The notes under the pieces were generated by a model that saw only the letters and a list, made by a program, of their open reading frames with translations, made no database searches and was not told the DNA's origin. A stretch of 64,000 nt of DNA from Eledone cirrhosa. Lineage: Eukaryota. Positions 26,400 to 45,144 of this stretch are shown here, piece after piece. Each line of letters starts with the position of its first letter. Positions within the stretch are counted from its first letter, which is position 1. The stretch lies in assembly GCA_964016885.1 (NCBI GenBank), contig OZ024741.1, positions 84,940,001 through 85,004,000 on the forward strand, read 5' to 3'. Made by a program: the position numbers and the translations under genes.

Positions 26400-26690
26400 T
26401 TCTACAATTATTCTATCTTCCATTCGCAGCATTTAAATAGAATCGTAGTAATGGATATAAGTATTCGAATTCTTCTACTAACGGAAGATCATGCTCGTGA
26501 AATAACAATACTGGAAAGAACTTGCTATGCTGGTTAGATTCTTCGGTTTACGATTGTAAGGTCATAAGTTGCTTCAGACTATTCATCATGTATATGTTAC
26601 ATAGCAGTTATTATAATATGTCTACAATATAATGTTGCTAGTTTTCTATGATATGTTTCTCCTCCAACTTGTGAACGTCGTAATATTTTT
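26400..26690 (-). pseudogene. Decayed voltage-gated K+ channel T1 (BTB) domain, Kv2/Shab-like
   Basis: Across frameshifts: QVGGETYHRKLATL...HDE*SEATYD/YNRKPKNLTSIASSFQY...LVEEFEY...KCCEWK, collinear with T1 motifs NVGG..TL, DDYS..FDRHP..FTSI, ELDYW, CC. Confidence 0.5.
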
Positions 26691-27116
26691 TTCAAATTTT
26701 ATTTTTTGTTCCGCCATTTCCATTGAGTCCATGTAAAATGATGTCCAAATGTCTGTTGTATTTCTTTTTTATTTATTAGTTTTTGTTTTTTTAAAGATAT
26801 GCTTCACTAATTTTCAGGAATATTTCTGATTTAAGCTTAAGGTTGCGTTTTACTTGTTCATATCCTGTCTGTCTAACTTATGGTGCTTCGTGTTTCCCGT
26901 GTGACTGATTCATCGAATCATTCAATCATTCATTTAGTGATTGATCATACCGTACTTGCCAATGTAAAAAGTAAACAGTAATAATTCAGTGATGATGTAT
27001 GTACGGCTGAGTGTGTGCCCGTGTGTGCCTCTCTATGTGCATGTGCGTGCGTGTATGTGTGTAAATAAATGTGCATTTATATATATATATATATACATAT
27101 ACACATATATATATAC

Positions 27117-27250
<134 letters not shown>

Positions 27251-29635
27251 CGAGAGAGAGAGTTTAACACAAATAAATACAAATATATTCTTTTTTCTCT
27301 TTAAATCACCTAAAACAACCAAAAATAAAATAAAATCGAACTAAAATCATCCATCAATATCTAATAGTTGTTTCCCCTTCGTGATTAGAATGTTAGGAGT
27401 GAAGCGAAGTGGTGTCGGTCGTGTGTGAGAGAGAGCTAGCTTTCTTTTGAAAAATTCCACCGGAAATGTAGAACATTATTCTGGCACTAAAGGAAAGTAA
27501 AATCGTCATCGCGAAAAAAAATTGTGGACAGCAAAACTTTAATGGAGGCTGAGTAAAGGAAAAGCTAAACAAAACAAAACTTCAAGAAATGTAAGTCAGT
27601 TGTTTTCTTCTTTTATTATTTTACTGATTTCAGTCAATTGAATGTGGCCATGCTGGGATACTACAGGGAAAGCATCTTGTTGATGATATCGACTGCCATT
27701 AATAATCTTTGTTAAAGTCTCAAACTGTCCCTGTTTCTTGAAGTATTTATATTTATCTCCCATCATAATTTTCTGCAAGAATCTTTATGTTCCAAATGCC
27801 AATTCAATTAACGTGAAAGTTAGTTATTTTACTAGATCCTTCCAAATACTTGATTATTTTCAAATTTATTGAATTATTATTGGTTGTGGTTTTCATTTGA
27901 AATATGGTAACAAAAGGGTTTATTGTAACTAAACGGGCGCTTATTTGATGGAACAACTATAGGCTCATTGCGTATTCAGCCTCTGTTGCCAGTCGCAAAG
28001 TACACCTCACAGATTGTAGCAACCTTCAAAAAGACATATTTGAAATATTTCTTGTAATCTTTAAAAAATATTGGGAAAGAATAATGGATTTGCAGTGAAC
28101 CAATTTCTATTGTCTTTCATGTTTTGTTGGTTTGTTCTATGTTGCACCTTCCTAGATCAATTTTTACGTTTTAGCTGAGATAATTAAATAAAGTTTTCAT
28201 ATTTTTCTGACATTATTAAATATCATGCAAAAGTTCAACAACGTTTTTTTGCAAGTCTTTCTTTTTGTGGTTTTATATTTATACTTCTTTTCATCTAATT
28301 TTTTACTTGCTTATAATTTGGCATCATAGATATAGCAGCAGGATCGTCTTCAAACCCCATTAACTCTGGTTGTAAAGAGGATCATCGGCTAAAGATAAAC
28401 TAGAAAGATAAACTGGAGCAATTTGAAATGAAGTATGTTACTAAAGAACACAAAAATCTATGACATTACGATTGTGACCAAAGTTAACCTTAGTAGGGTT
28501 TGACCACAGTGTTGGAACGCATACTGCTATGCATTCCATCAGATGTTAAAAAGATTTTATGAATTTGCAGTCTTTAAAAACACTACACTTCATACACCAA
28601 TCATACATATCAAACAGTTCTCTAAATCACATGGTCATATATTTTAAGCTTTTCTGGCCTAGTGGAAGAGGCGCTGAGATCGTAACCATTGTACGCCCTC
28701 CGAGATTGGTGAAATCAATACCGTTATTATTCCTCCTAAAAGACAGTACATAATCACACCAACATGCATACATGCATACATATAATTGTTTCTACTTTCA
28801 TACATATAATAGCATGTATACACATACATGCATATAGATGTGTACATATCTTTAATCACTTGTACATACATAAATAAGCAACAAATGAAACTTTGTTGGT
28901 TTCTACGGTAAATATTCCCGATATTTGAACAACTGAACTGCCCAGCCACTACGTTATAGGGTAAAAAAAACATGTATTGTGAATGTAATCGTCTTGTTGA
29001 ATCAGCATGAACGTATGTGTCTGTTTGAAATGTAATCGTCTTGTTGAATCAGCATCACAGTATGTGGCTTTTTAAAATAACAAATGCTGTCCATCCGATT
29101 GGCTTCCACTATTTTTCCCTTTACTCAGTTTGATTCTTAAGGTTTGGGTTGACTAGATGTTATGGTAAAGATGCCCACATACATACAACCCTACACATGT
29201 ATATTTGAGTGTTGGACGTCCACCATCGATTCCGAGTACTATTGTGAAATTAACGTGCAGGTGGCTGGGTAATCCGTATTCATTTGTACCCTTAAGGTAA
29301 TTCCTACAGAAATTTAACAAGACACAGACTGCGACAAGACTGGCCATGTGAATTGGAGTTAGAGGTCATACTTTTCCGGTCGAGTGAACTGGAACAGCGT
29401 TAAATAAAATGTCTTAGTGAAGGGGACAACGCCCTTGCCCCATCCACCGAGAATCAATATACACTCTTTATAATCGTGGACCCAACACCCTAACCGGATA
29501 AACCATAGTAAATATAGGTTGTGTTGTTCCACAACAACAAACATGAAATAAATGATGAATTCTCTCTCTTTGATGGAAGAAATTAAGTTTGTTTCTTGTA
29601 CTACAAGAAGCAATTAAGTTAAATTTATTGTTTCG

Positions 29636-29669
<34 letters not shown>

Positions 29670-29728
29670 ACCATATATAATTAATTATATTTAATTTATT
29701 GTTTATTTACATTATATATATTATGTGC

Positions 29729-29763
<35 letters not shown>

Positions 29764-30855
29764 TGTGTGTGTGTATGTGTGTGTGGGGGGGGTGTCTGTG
29801 TGTGTAAGTTATTTTGTTGTTTTCATAATTGACTATCAATTCAAAATTAATGTTTAAAGTTTATGTTGAAAACAAACTTTACATTCTTAAGATGGTTTTG
29901 TTTTATTATTTATTTTGGTGTACTTTCCTTTTGTTAGTTTAGGCTTTTACAACAGTTTGTTGTTGTGGTGGTAGTGTTTGTTTATTTGTTTTTGTTTTGT
30001 TTTTTTTCAACTATTATCTTTACACAAACTAACGAATGTACGAACATAAAAAATTAAGTAAAATGCAGGGAAAATAAAAGATAGTGAAAAGTTCAATAAA
30101 GCTAAGACGGAAAGAAAAAATGAGAAGACATGAGACGAATGAGACACACACACATACACTCTCTTCACTTAAATACATACATAGACATAAATGTAATGAT
30201 CTCTAGCATTCAAACATACATCGACACACATTCCTCACTCATATACAGAACCATACACACACAGACACATACAGACACATCAACTACATCGATAGACATG
30301 TTTCATTATACACACACAAACGCACATATACACACTCTCCACCCATATACATACACTTCGCACATACAACAAAACGCACATACTTCGCACACATGCACTG
30401 ACATACATATAGACAAATACACACACATACACACAAATACATTCATACATATACACACATTTCTCCCACATATCAGGAAACACAGACACAAACACTCACA
30501 CATTTCATCCACATACACAGACAGACACACACAAACAAACATACTCACATGCGCACACATGTTTCCCTCCATATGCAGTCACACATAGACCCAAATAAAC
30601 ACACTCACCCATAAACACACAGACATACATAGACCCAAATGCACAGACTCACCCACATATACCCACATTGCACACACATTACACAAGCGCTTCGCCCACA
30701 TACACAGACATACAGATGCATATACACTTCACTCATAATGTTTGCAGTTTTATCCAGGTACGGAACGTTAGTGCCTCTGTTCCTTTTCAGGAAACTCAAG
30801 CAAATATTTTCCACTAAACCTGACCGCAATAAACCACTTGGAAATAAATAAATGC

Positions 30856-35033
<4,178 letters not shown>

Positions 35034-35086
35034 TATTTAAAATGCTGGAGAGAACATGTAGATTTATGAATACATGTATATTTAAT

Positions 35087-35203
35087 GGCTGACAGGCTGT
35101 TTCAAATACTGCACAGTATTTGAAACAGCGATATTAGCATATTCAAACGATATTAGTACATTAAAAATAAATGAATGTGGGTGTCAGTATTTTCATCAGA
35201 GCC
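35087..35203 (-). ncRNA. Type I hammerhead motif with 73-nt loop II
   Basis: GGCU-CUGAUGA-AAAUACUG...CAGUAUUU-GAAA-CAGCCUG-UC-AGCC. Confidence 0.7.
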
Positions 35204-35319
35204 TAAAAAAAAATCCTTATAATATATTAACCTATAAATCAGAACATATCACGCAAGTGAAAAACCTACTTTAAATGTGGAAGTTATAAACCGTTATAGC
35301 AGCCATTTTGTGTTGGTTT

Positions 35320-36300
35320 GAAATTGAAGAAGTAAATGACAAAGACTCTTATCGTAGCTAGCGCAAATACTAATTTATCTAGAAAAGAAAGAGATATGAT
35401 TCTGACGGCCAGACGTACTATAATTGAATTTAATGGTAGCAACTGGACTAGGAGTAATAGACCCGATATTTTCGATATAACCATGGGGTCAAGTGACTCT
35501 GCTCAGCTTACTGACCTCGTCGGAATTTACCTTTTACATAAACTTAAGGAAGAGTTTGCCCAGCTACAAGGAGGTTTATATAGAGACGATGCGCTTTTTA
35601 CAGCAGATAACTCCAACACACGTAGAATAGAAATCCTTTAAAAAAACCTACATAATTTCTTCTGAAACTTTGGTCTTTCAATCACTATCGAACCTAACTA
35701 TGAAGTTGTTAATTTTCTAGATGCAACTTTAGATCACAATACAGGATTATACAGCCCTCATCATAAACCCGGTGAGGTCTTAGCATATATTAATTGCCAT
35801 CCTAATACTAACGGCTTACTTCCTACTCCTAACAATAAATTTAGAATTGACAGTAATAGTAAACCCAACCAAATAAAACCTAATAAGTGTTTCTATTTTT
35901 GGCACAAGGCCAACAATTATCCCAGTGCATTACTGGTACTTTATTTTATCGACCCCGTAAGGATGAAAGGAAAAGTTAACCTCGGCGGGATTTGAACTCA
36001 GATCATAAAGGGCCGTAACTCTACGCTGCAAAGCATGGTGTCTGATGCTCTATCGATACTGCCAATCCACCGCCCATAAAACCTAATGATACTAATAAAA
36101 CATCGTCTACTAACCTAAGTAATTTAAAGAATTATCATGACTTACCTGTAAATAATTCTAATAACCACAATGCCTGGCTAAATCCACCCTTCTTGATTAA
36201 TGTTGCTTCGAACTTTCCTAGAATGTTCTTCTCTATCCTGCGAAACAATCCCCCCTCCCGACCACAAATATTATCAACTTTTCAATAAAAATAATGTTAA

Positions 36301-36351
<51 letters not shown>

Positions 36352-36359
36352 TTCTCTCT

Positions 36360-36434
<75 letters not shown>

Positions 36435-36978
36435 ATCTCTCTACCACCCCTAACTTAGCTGACTATATTGCCTCTAGTAACCATAACAAATTGAATAAGC
36501 ACAGGGAATACTTATCTAATAATATACTTCAACATAACAACCATCTACATATAGGTATTTTTAACTGTTACTACATCCTCACCTATACCTCTTAATACTA
36601 TACCTTCGCCTAAACCATACGCTGCTCTAACCGTAATTGCAATTGTAGAATATCCAGCAGTTGCCCACTTAAAGCACAATGCCTTAGTAATAATGTAGTT
36701 TATAGACGTACTATCAAAACCTCTAACGACACTGAAACTTACATTGGCCCCACCGCTAACCCTTCTCAAGGCATATTTTAATTCCCACACACATTCTTTT
36801 AGAAATAGTAGCTTAAAATCCACAACTTCTCTTGCTAGGATTATAGATACTCATAAACTATCGTAAATTGAATACTCTCTTTATTTGGGACATTCTAGCT
36901 AAACCACCCTCATACAAAGAGTTTAAATATCACTGTGACTATGTTTATCTGAAGCTTATTTTATAACATTATCTAAAC
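35320..36978 (+). mobile_element. Decayed Naiad-type PLE (RT C-terminal half to GIY-YIG); continues at 44523
   Basis: FDITMGSSDSAQLTDLVGIYLL, GLYRDD, VNFLD, WLNPPF, CNCR...CPL...C..VVY, YIG. Confidence 0.8.
35885..36075 (-). mobile_element. SINE family A with 12-bp TSD
   Basis: ATAAAACCTAAT at 35873-35884 and 36076-36087. Confidence 0.9.
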
Positions 36979-37337
36979 CAAAGGTTCTCAACAGAGGGGG
37001 GTATCCCCGCCTCCCCGGGGCGTTTCGGTTTCCAAGGGGGGAGCAAGGGGAGCATTAGGGGGGCGTTTGAAGTTTTGGGGCGCTAGGCTATTTACTTAGG
37101 TAAGTTTTATAAGCCATATGTGTACGTCTCTGAGACAGCCAGTGTGAATGCATTTGAATGAAAAAAACGAAGAAAATAAATAAAAGAAGCATGTCAACGA
37201 ATTCCCTAGGGAGATAAAAGAAAGAAATCAAAGAAAATGAAAATAAGGACAACGTCAACTTTTACAACAGTTACAAGAACAACAGAAACGACAAGAAAAA
37301 GAAGCAATGGTGATACGTACATACATGCATACATACA

Positions 37338-39358
37338 GTCTGGCTGGACTACAGGAAAGCTTTCGATTCTGTTCCCCACTCTTGGGTTATAGAGACCCTC
37401 CAACTTGCTAAAGTCCCAGACATTATTCTCAGAGCCATAGAGAGGCTGTCTTCTTCTTGGGCTACTATCCTAAGGTTAAAGACAGAGAGGGAGGACTATT
37501 TTCACTGATAAAATAAAATATTGCAGGGGTATATTTCAGGGGGACAGTCTCTCTGTGATATTATTCATCTTGTCATTAAACCCCTTGTCCTTTCTGCTCA
37601 AGAAATGTGAGGGATACATCATTGGCTCACAGGAGGACAGAAATACGAACCTAACCCATAATTTCTTTGTGGACGATCTGAAACTCTATGCCAAGAACAT
37701 GGATGGGATGAAGAAAAATCTTGACCTGGTTACAACGTTCTCAAGGGATATAGGAATGGAGTTTGGCCAAGACAAATGCTCATACATGACTGTAAAGCGG
37801 GGAAAAACAACAACCCAGTCTAGCAACATTGTCATCAATGGCCTAACTGTTTCATCGATATCTGATGAGGACTGCTACAGATACCTGGGGATAGATGAGA
37901 ACATATCCTATAATGGTATCTGTAATAAAGAACGCGTAACCAAGGAATAATACACCCCGATTAAGAAAGATCTGGTCATCGGAACTCTCTGCGCAAAACA
38001 ATACAGTGGCTCACAATGTGTTTGCTGTGCCTGTCCTAACACCAACGTTTGGAATACTCAATTGGACGAAAAACGAAATCCGAGCAGTTGATGTTGGAAC
38101 TCGAAAAATACTGAACAACACCGAAAACTTCCACATCAACAGTGACATAGACCGCCTTTACTTGAAACGTAAGCAGGGAGGCAGAGGCCTAACATCAGCC
38201 CAGACAACATTTGAATGTCGCATCATATCTCTCCGACAACATCTACGAACCTCGAAGCGTAGGAGCCCGTTTCTCGAGCAAGTCTATCTGCATGAAACAG
38301 GTAAGATCATGAGAGTTGGGAAGGGATTCCTTGAGAGATATTCCCTGTGTGATAATCAAAAACTCACACCCAGGGATGTCGCTCAGCAGTATCGCAGTGA
38401 ATTCATGGATGAAAAACTGCATACCTATCAGCAAAAAATCATGCATAAATATGTTGCCAGGAAGCTCCAGAGTGAGAGTAATATAGATAAGGAAAGAAGT
38501 CTATCTTGGACCAACAACCGCTATATTGGCTCCCACTTTGAAGGATACGCTTTTGCAATCCAGGAACAGGAGATTAGCACGAAATACCTGATTCACAAAA
38601 GAGATACGGATGCAGGCAAAGCACCTAGATGTGATAACAAGTGCAGACTCTGCAGAACTAACATCGAGGATGTCACCCACTTCATCAGCAGCTGTCCAAA
38701 GATGTCATCGCGGTACTATCTACCTATGAGGCATGATGTAGTGGCCAAAACACTGTACAATGCAATTCGTAAAAAAGATAGCCGCGATAATAAACACATT
38801 AAAAGCTACAACAATGTGGAAGACATCCATGTACATAATATGAAAGAGTACTGGTGGAATGTTCCAGTAAAAACCCCAATAAAATGAAGGCATAGCAGAC
38901 CAGATATTATGATATGGGACAGGGAGAAGAAAACATGCACAGTAGTGGAAATTAGCTGCTCAGCAGATGCCAATATAATATCAAAGATTAGTGAAAAGGA
39001 GAATATTTATGCAGAGCTGATGAGAAATCTGCAGATACTCCACCCTGATTACACCTTCAGATTTATGCCTGTGATTATTGGGGCACTGGGGTATGTTAGT
39101 AACTGCCTCAATACAAATCTTGAGAAGCTAGGCTTCACAGGAACAGAAAGAACACAACTAGTTAGGAAATTACAAGTACAATCCATTAATGGAACAGTAA
39201 AAATATGTAAAACATTCCAAAAATGTTGCATCTAATAACTGCATATACACATGTACAGATACAAAGCATATACGCATGCACACATACAACTCAAAACATA
39301 CACATCTACACATACAATAACATCCATATCTACACATGCATGTGTAAAACCAGAAGAA
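37338..39358 (+). mobile_element. 5'-truncated R4/Dong-clade retrotransposon (RT, CCHC, RLE)
   Basis: WLDYRKAFDSVPHSW, QGDSLS, FFVDDLKLY, CRLC..EDVTHFISSC, RHD, RPDIMIWD...VEISC; flanked by (CATA)n at both ends. Confidence 0.9.
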
Positions 39359-39932
39359 CATACATACATACATACATACATACATACATACATACATACA
39401 TACATACATACATACATACATACATACATACATACACACACATACATACACACACAGGCCGGCGTTGGTGTTTGATGAGGTTGAGAACCTGGTCAGCTTT
39501 CAGCCAAAGCTGTGGTATTTAATCTCCCTAGGTAATAAAATCTTGAGTCAAAATTCTCTCCTTACCAAACCAAAAAAAAACATCCTTACACACTTAAATA
39601 TAGATACATGTATATATACAAATGTATAAATGCATAGCTATATACATAGGTAAATGTATGTATGTATATATGTATAGAGATTTGTATATATATATATATA
39701 TATTATACACACACACACACATATCTTTTTTTCTTTTTTCAGTCGTACCGTAGATAGGACTCAATGTAATCTTGTAAAATCCATAGAGAAGTTCTGTGTT
39801 TCGCTGAATTAATTCTTTAGATACAGAGACAGATATTAGGTATTAAATTAGCAATAAAAATAAAAACAACAAAATAAAAACAGAGTTATAAAGTAACTTG
39901 AGTTTGTTCTTTTTATTTTCATTGTTAACTTG

Positions 39933-40038
<106 letters not shown>

Positions 40039-40039
40039 C

Positions 40040-40275
40040 GCAGTGTGACAAGAAGCTTGCTTCCCAACCACATGTTTCCGGGTTCAGTCCCACTGCCCGG
40101 GCCGACCAAAGCCCTGTGAGTGGATTGGATAGACCGAAACTAAAAGAAGCGCGTCATATATATGTATATATATCTGTTTGTGTCTTTGCGTTTGTGTTTG
40201 CCCTCCCGCCAATGCTTATTGGTTTCTTGACGTCCCCATAACTTACCAAGGTCATGCTCCAGCATGGGCGTAGTC
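40040..40275 (+). mobile_element. tRNA-derived SINE family B, internally deleted
   Basis: aagaagcttgcttcccaaccacatg...GGTTCAGTCCC B box; ccgaccaaagcc...gaaactaaaagaagc. Confidence 0.7.
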
Positions 40276-40298
40276 CAGAGACAGAAAAAGGTAAAGTG

Positions 40299-40341
<43 letters not shown>

Positions 40342-40349
40342 ATGTAGTA

Positions 40350-40752
40350 GAGGGGTCTCAAACTTAGGGATATAAAAGGGCCATTACGTCCCGGAGGAGA
40401 GGCACTGGCCCAAACGTGGTGGTGGGTGATGATTTTCACCAGTTATAATCATTTCTACTATAAGAACAAGGCAAGAAATTTAGGGTTTAGGGTCCCGTCG
40501 ATTACATCGATGCCAGTTCACAACTGGTACTTAATTTATTGACCCTAAAATGATGAAAGGCAAAGTTGAGATCGGCGGAATTTGAAGTCAGAACGTAAAA
40601 ACAGAAGAGGTGCTGCTAAGCAATTCGCCAGATGTGCTAACGATTCCACTAGCTCACTGCCTTATTTTCACCAGTTATAATGGAATCTGAAATATTGGTT
40701 CTATCATAGGCCAAAGAAAAATAGTTCGGGGGCCGCATGTTTGAGCCCCCTG
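40350..40752. mobile_element. hAT-type MITE with a nested SINE
   Basis: Ends (g)AGGGGTCTCAAAC / GTTTGAGCCCCCTG; no TSD recovered. Confidence 0.6.
40450..40663 (-). mobile_element. SINE related to family A, 18-bp TSD
   Basis: ATTTTCACCAGTTATAAT at 40432-40449 and 40664-40681. Confidence 0.85.
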
Positions 40753-40767
40753 TTGGAGAGATAGACA

Positions 40768-43004
40768 TATTTCTTTATTAGCCACAAGGATGCACAAGAA
40801 AAGGGGACAAAACAAAGACATGCCGGGGATTTTACATACAATCGTGTAAAAATATGAAGCAAACAAATATAACAATCGAAATCCCTAATGGGGAGGAGGC
40901 GCCACAAATGTGTTGTTTAATGCCCCGTAGATAGAACCCTCAACTTCAGGAGCGTGTTGTGCAAGTGCTCCTTTCTTCATTTTGCTCTCTTCTTCAACCT
41001 ACAGGTTTATATACAGAGAAGGCCCAATCACTCGGGCTATTTTTGTCATTTTCACCCACCTTTCAGTAAATTTACTGGGATGCAGTGCCTCTCTCTCCAC
41101 TCTGATTCTCCTTCTAAAGTGGTACCTAAAGAAGGGAATGACTTGTTGTTCGGAGAGAAAGGCATCTGTCCTCAGTCCTGTCAATCTTGTCCACCATATA
41201 CCCTCTTTCACTATAGCCACTATACAGAGGAAGACCGCCTCTCTTTCGTTTTCGAAGGAGGTTGGCGGTTTGATCATTACTATGGACTCGGCAGTCAACT
41301 GCATGTTCCCCATACGCGACAGCAGTTGTTCTGCGTAGTTCCACAGGTCGGTTACGCCCGGGAGTGTACAATTGCGTGCAAGACAGTTTCAATGTCCTGC
41401 CCGCATCTTGGATACGTCCTCTTGGAAGGATCCCTGACTGTAGATCTTGTCACGAACTGATAGAGCTCCTCGGTAGCACTGCCAGGCCAGGGACCTCTGG
41501 AAGTTGTCCATAGGTCCCGGGCGGAAAGTCCTACCAAACAGACAGGTGAGTTCGTCGTCTTCGACGCCTAGAGTCTCTCCGAGCACGTCGTTGCCCTTGA
41601 GACGTACTAACCCTCTATAGAATGTCGAAGTGGAGTCTCCGATGATTGCCGTGCCCGCTTGACAGAAGAGTGTGCTCGCCTGAGCGCATTCAATGTGCCA
41701 GGCGCCCATCTTCTTCGGTCTCCGCTTGACCCAAAACTGCAGCTCCGTCAGCGAGACAAGTTGCGGGAAGGCCTGTCTCACAAACGGTTCCCACAAAGGT
41801 TGGAGGTCGGTGGTCGGTGATGAATACCTGTAGATGCCGTAGCCTCAGCGCATGCTTGCGCATCATCAGCCACGGCATTCACAGCCCTCCGTTGGAAGGG
41901 TGCTGACAGCAGACGGATCTCCACACCAGTGAAGCCTGCTTCTTCAAAAGGAACTGGAAGAGCATGTGTTCCATCTTGGTGAAGTGTTCACGGGGACAAG
42001 GCACGACGGTCAAGCGCTAGTAGATGACGGACGCTATGAAAGTTTGCCACCTCCGCTCGACCTTTCAAGGATAGTTTGCACTCTGCCCACTTCTGAGTGA
42101 GCGCAAATACCTTGGCCGTCACCTCGTTCCAGTTTTTCTCCACCTGGCGTTCCGCATCGAACTAGACCCCAAGCAATTTCACCGGTCCGTCCGTCCAACG
42201 TCCGACGACGCTGTCGGACGGCATCGGTTTGGCTGTCCACGTTCCGAGTTGCAAACCGACAGACTTGTCCGGGTTCAGTTTTGCTCCTGTGAGCCTTTCG
42301 TATTCCTACAGTAAGTTGTCGATTGCCCCGATTTTCGAGGTTTCCGACACCATTACTGTCACGTCGTCGGCATAAGCAGACGTCACTTACCGCAGTCCCG
42401 GTTCCAACGGGATGGCCTGCAGCAGCTCCAACTTCAGCATTATTGACTCTAGAGTCAGTACGTACAGAATGGAGGAGAGAGGGCATCCCTGTCGGATGGA
42501 ACGCGTGATTGCGAATGGCTCCGATAGGTAGTCGTTGACCTTGATCACTGAGCAGGTGTTGGTGTGCATTGCGGCGATCCAGCCTCTGAAGGCGCGTCCG
42601 AAACCGGCCGCCTTGAGAACCGCTTCCAAGTATCGATGGTCGACCCTATTGAACGCTTTAGACTGATCTAAATTCATCAAAGCCCCACCGAAGCCGGGTT
42701 TACAGCCCACCCTCTCTATGGTGTATCGCATGATGTGGAGGTTGTCGTGTATAGACCTGGTCGGGATTGCACACGTTTGCGCTTTCTCTACCAGGTTCTC
42801 GACGACAAGCGCCAACCTCGCTGCCAACATCTTGGCCAAAATCTTTAACTCATATAGTTCGACCCCCTTGTTCTCGTCTTTCCTGATCAGCGTTACTACG
42901 CCCCTGCCTGCAGAACTGGGAATTCTGCCGTTCTGCTGCCAGTTGCTGTAGACAGCCTCAAGGACGCCAGAGAACAAGTCCGGCATGCCTATGTAAAACT
43001 CAGG
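40768..43004 (-). mobile_element. Tx1/L1-group LINE, 5'-truncated and frameshifted
   Basis: KILAKMLAARL, NLDQSKAFNRVDH, IRQGCPLS, AYADD, TGAKLN; C-terminal PRCGQDIETVLH; AATAAA near the 3' end. Confidence 0.85.
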
Positions 43005-43051
43005 TAGATGGATAGATAGATACACACACACACACATTTCTTACTCTCTCG

Positions 43052-43098
<47 letters not shown>

Positions 43099-43651
43099 AA
43101 AGTTCCATTTAAAGTTGTTGGGATACAACAAGTAAATATTCTTATAACTGAGATAAAGCACTCATTTCATATAAATTGTTAACTCAACTTAATATGACAT
43201 GACGTAAAATTGTCATTTCCCCCCCCCCCCTATCTCTCTATATAGTATTCTCTCTCTTGAATGTTTCTCTCTCTGTATGATGACTTGATATCCCTCTGTT
43301 GCTTTCCTGTTTTTCTTATTTCTTCCTTTTCTTTCTTTTTTATTTTTATTTTTTATTTTTTATTTCCTCCTATCTGTATTTAACACTTTCTTTTCTCCAT
43401 ATATTTCTCTCTCCGATATTTCTCCAGGGTGTCTTTCTCTTTCTTTCTCTCTCTCCGTCTTTGTTCTTTTCTCTCTCTTTTTCTCTCTCTCCGTCTTTCT
43501 CTTTTTCTTTCTCTCCGTCTTTTTCTAATTGTGCTTAACACTATGACTTATTAAAACAATGTAAACAAATCACTATCCAGACAGCCTCCAAAACTAATGG
43601 TTCTATTTTAAAAGGGTACGTCAAAGCTATTTGTAAAACTGTTATATATTG

Positions 43652-43716
43652 TATTTTGTCTGATGAAGGCATACCATAATTTAATGTGGTATCCCTGAAA
43701 TATGTATAATGAAATA
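43652..43716 (+). ncRNA. Type I hammerhead in a short TA-flanked repeat family (family H)
   Basis: UAUUUUGU-CUGAUGA-AGGcAUACCAUA..UGUGGUAUcCCU-GAAA-UAUGUA-UA-AUGAAAUA. Confidence 0.75.
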
Positions 43717-44522
43717 AAGATGGTTTTATAAATATAGTTTCCATTGATTAATATCGTATATATATATATATATATGTCGTTGTTATTTTACGTTGTTGAA
43801 AAGAACAGTGACCTTTGACCCGGCAATAAAAACTGGAGACAAAATTCTTTCTGTACCAAAAACAAGGCACACACAGACACACAGACACACAGACACACAC
43901 ACACACACATGTTTGTGTGTGTGTTAGTGTGCGCGTGTATGTGTGTGTGTGTGTGTATCTATCTATGCATATATATATAAGGGATACAGATATTGTTTGC
44001 TCACTGTCACTAAGGATCTCAATTCATTCGTTGCAACTAAGTTTGTGATCGAGGCATTTTATTTCGCAAGGTACTATTTTTCCCTTGAGTTTGTGATTTC
44101 AGAGAAAGGTAAGAAATTCTTCATATTTTGCATCTTTTGTATTTTGACTTTACAGTTTGAATTGTAAAATTGTCTATCCACTCAAAATATTACAACAGCT
44201 AACAGTGAAATATAGAATTTAAAAAAAAAGCTTTTTCGACTGAGATCAAGTCTTTGGGAACATTCACGTCTATTTTTCTAAAACATAATTTGAAATAGTT
44301 TGCTTTTGTTTTGGACTGAAACGTTTTTGTATTTAATTCGTACGAGTATTTTTTAAAGATTCTTTTAAAGATTCTAACATAACTTGATTTGGCCCAGTAA
44401 TCTACTGATATCAAAATCAGTAGTATATTGAAAAATGGGAAAATAGGGGGGGGGGGGCGGAGGCATTTCGAGATTTCGAGGGGCAAAATGGCCGAAAAGG
44501 GTTGAGAAACTTTGATCTAAAC

Positions 44523-44620
44523 CATACCGAATTAATGATCGCAATGAAATAGTTATTAAATGCCATCACCGGTTGGCATATTTTTTTGCTTACTGGACTG
44601 TCGATGCCACATTGTTTCTT
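44523..44620 (+). mobile_element. 3' continuation of the Naiad-type PLE split by the hAT element
   Basis: Removing the hAT and one TSD restores EAYFITLSKPYRINDRNEIVIKCHHR. Confidence 0.8.
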
Positions 44621-45144
44621 TTAATTTAGTTCTTCATTTCCCCTTCCCTTATCTTACTTATTGTCTTTTTTTATCGGTTTTCTTTTGATTCTACACCATC
44701 TCCTCTTCTGTTACTAATTTTCCATCTATGCATTTTATCCACATAGCCTTACTAGTTGTTGGTTCCTCCCCTATCTCATCTAAACCTCACTCTTTCCTGA
44801 TTTTACCTTTTCCTATCCTGTACTGCAGTAATACCCCACACCCTTAAACCTATGTTTGGTGTTTTTTTCTTTTTTTTAATGTATTTCCTTTAAAGTAATA
44901 CTTTAACTATGTATTTCACATACTTTTATGTAACTATTTACTATTTTTATTTCACTTACAATACAACCTCTTATTACACTACATTCTATTACTTAGATAC
45001 ACCTTCGATCTTATTTAATGTAATTATATTTCAGTATTTCAATAGGTTTTAATATACTCTAACTCCTACTAATAGTTATTATTGTTTTCTTCCTGGTGTT
45101 TCAACCGTCTTACACCTTCACACACACAGAAATAAAATGGCGTA

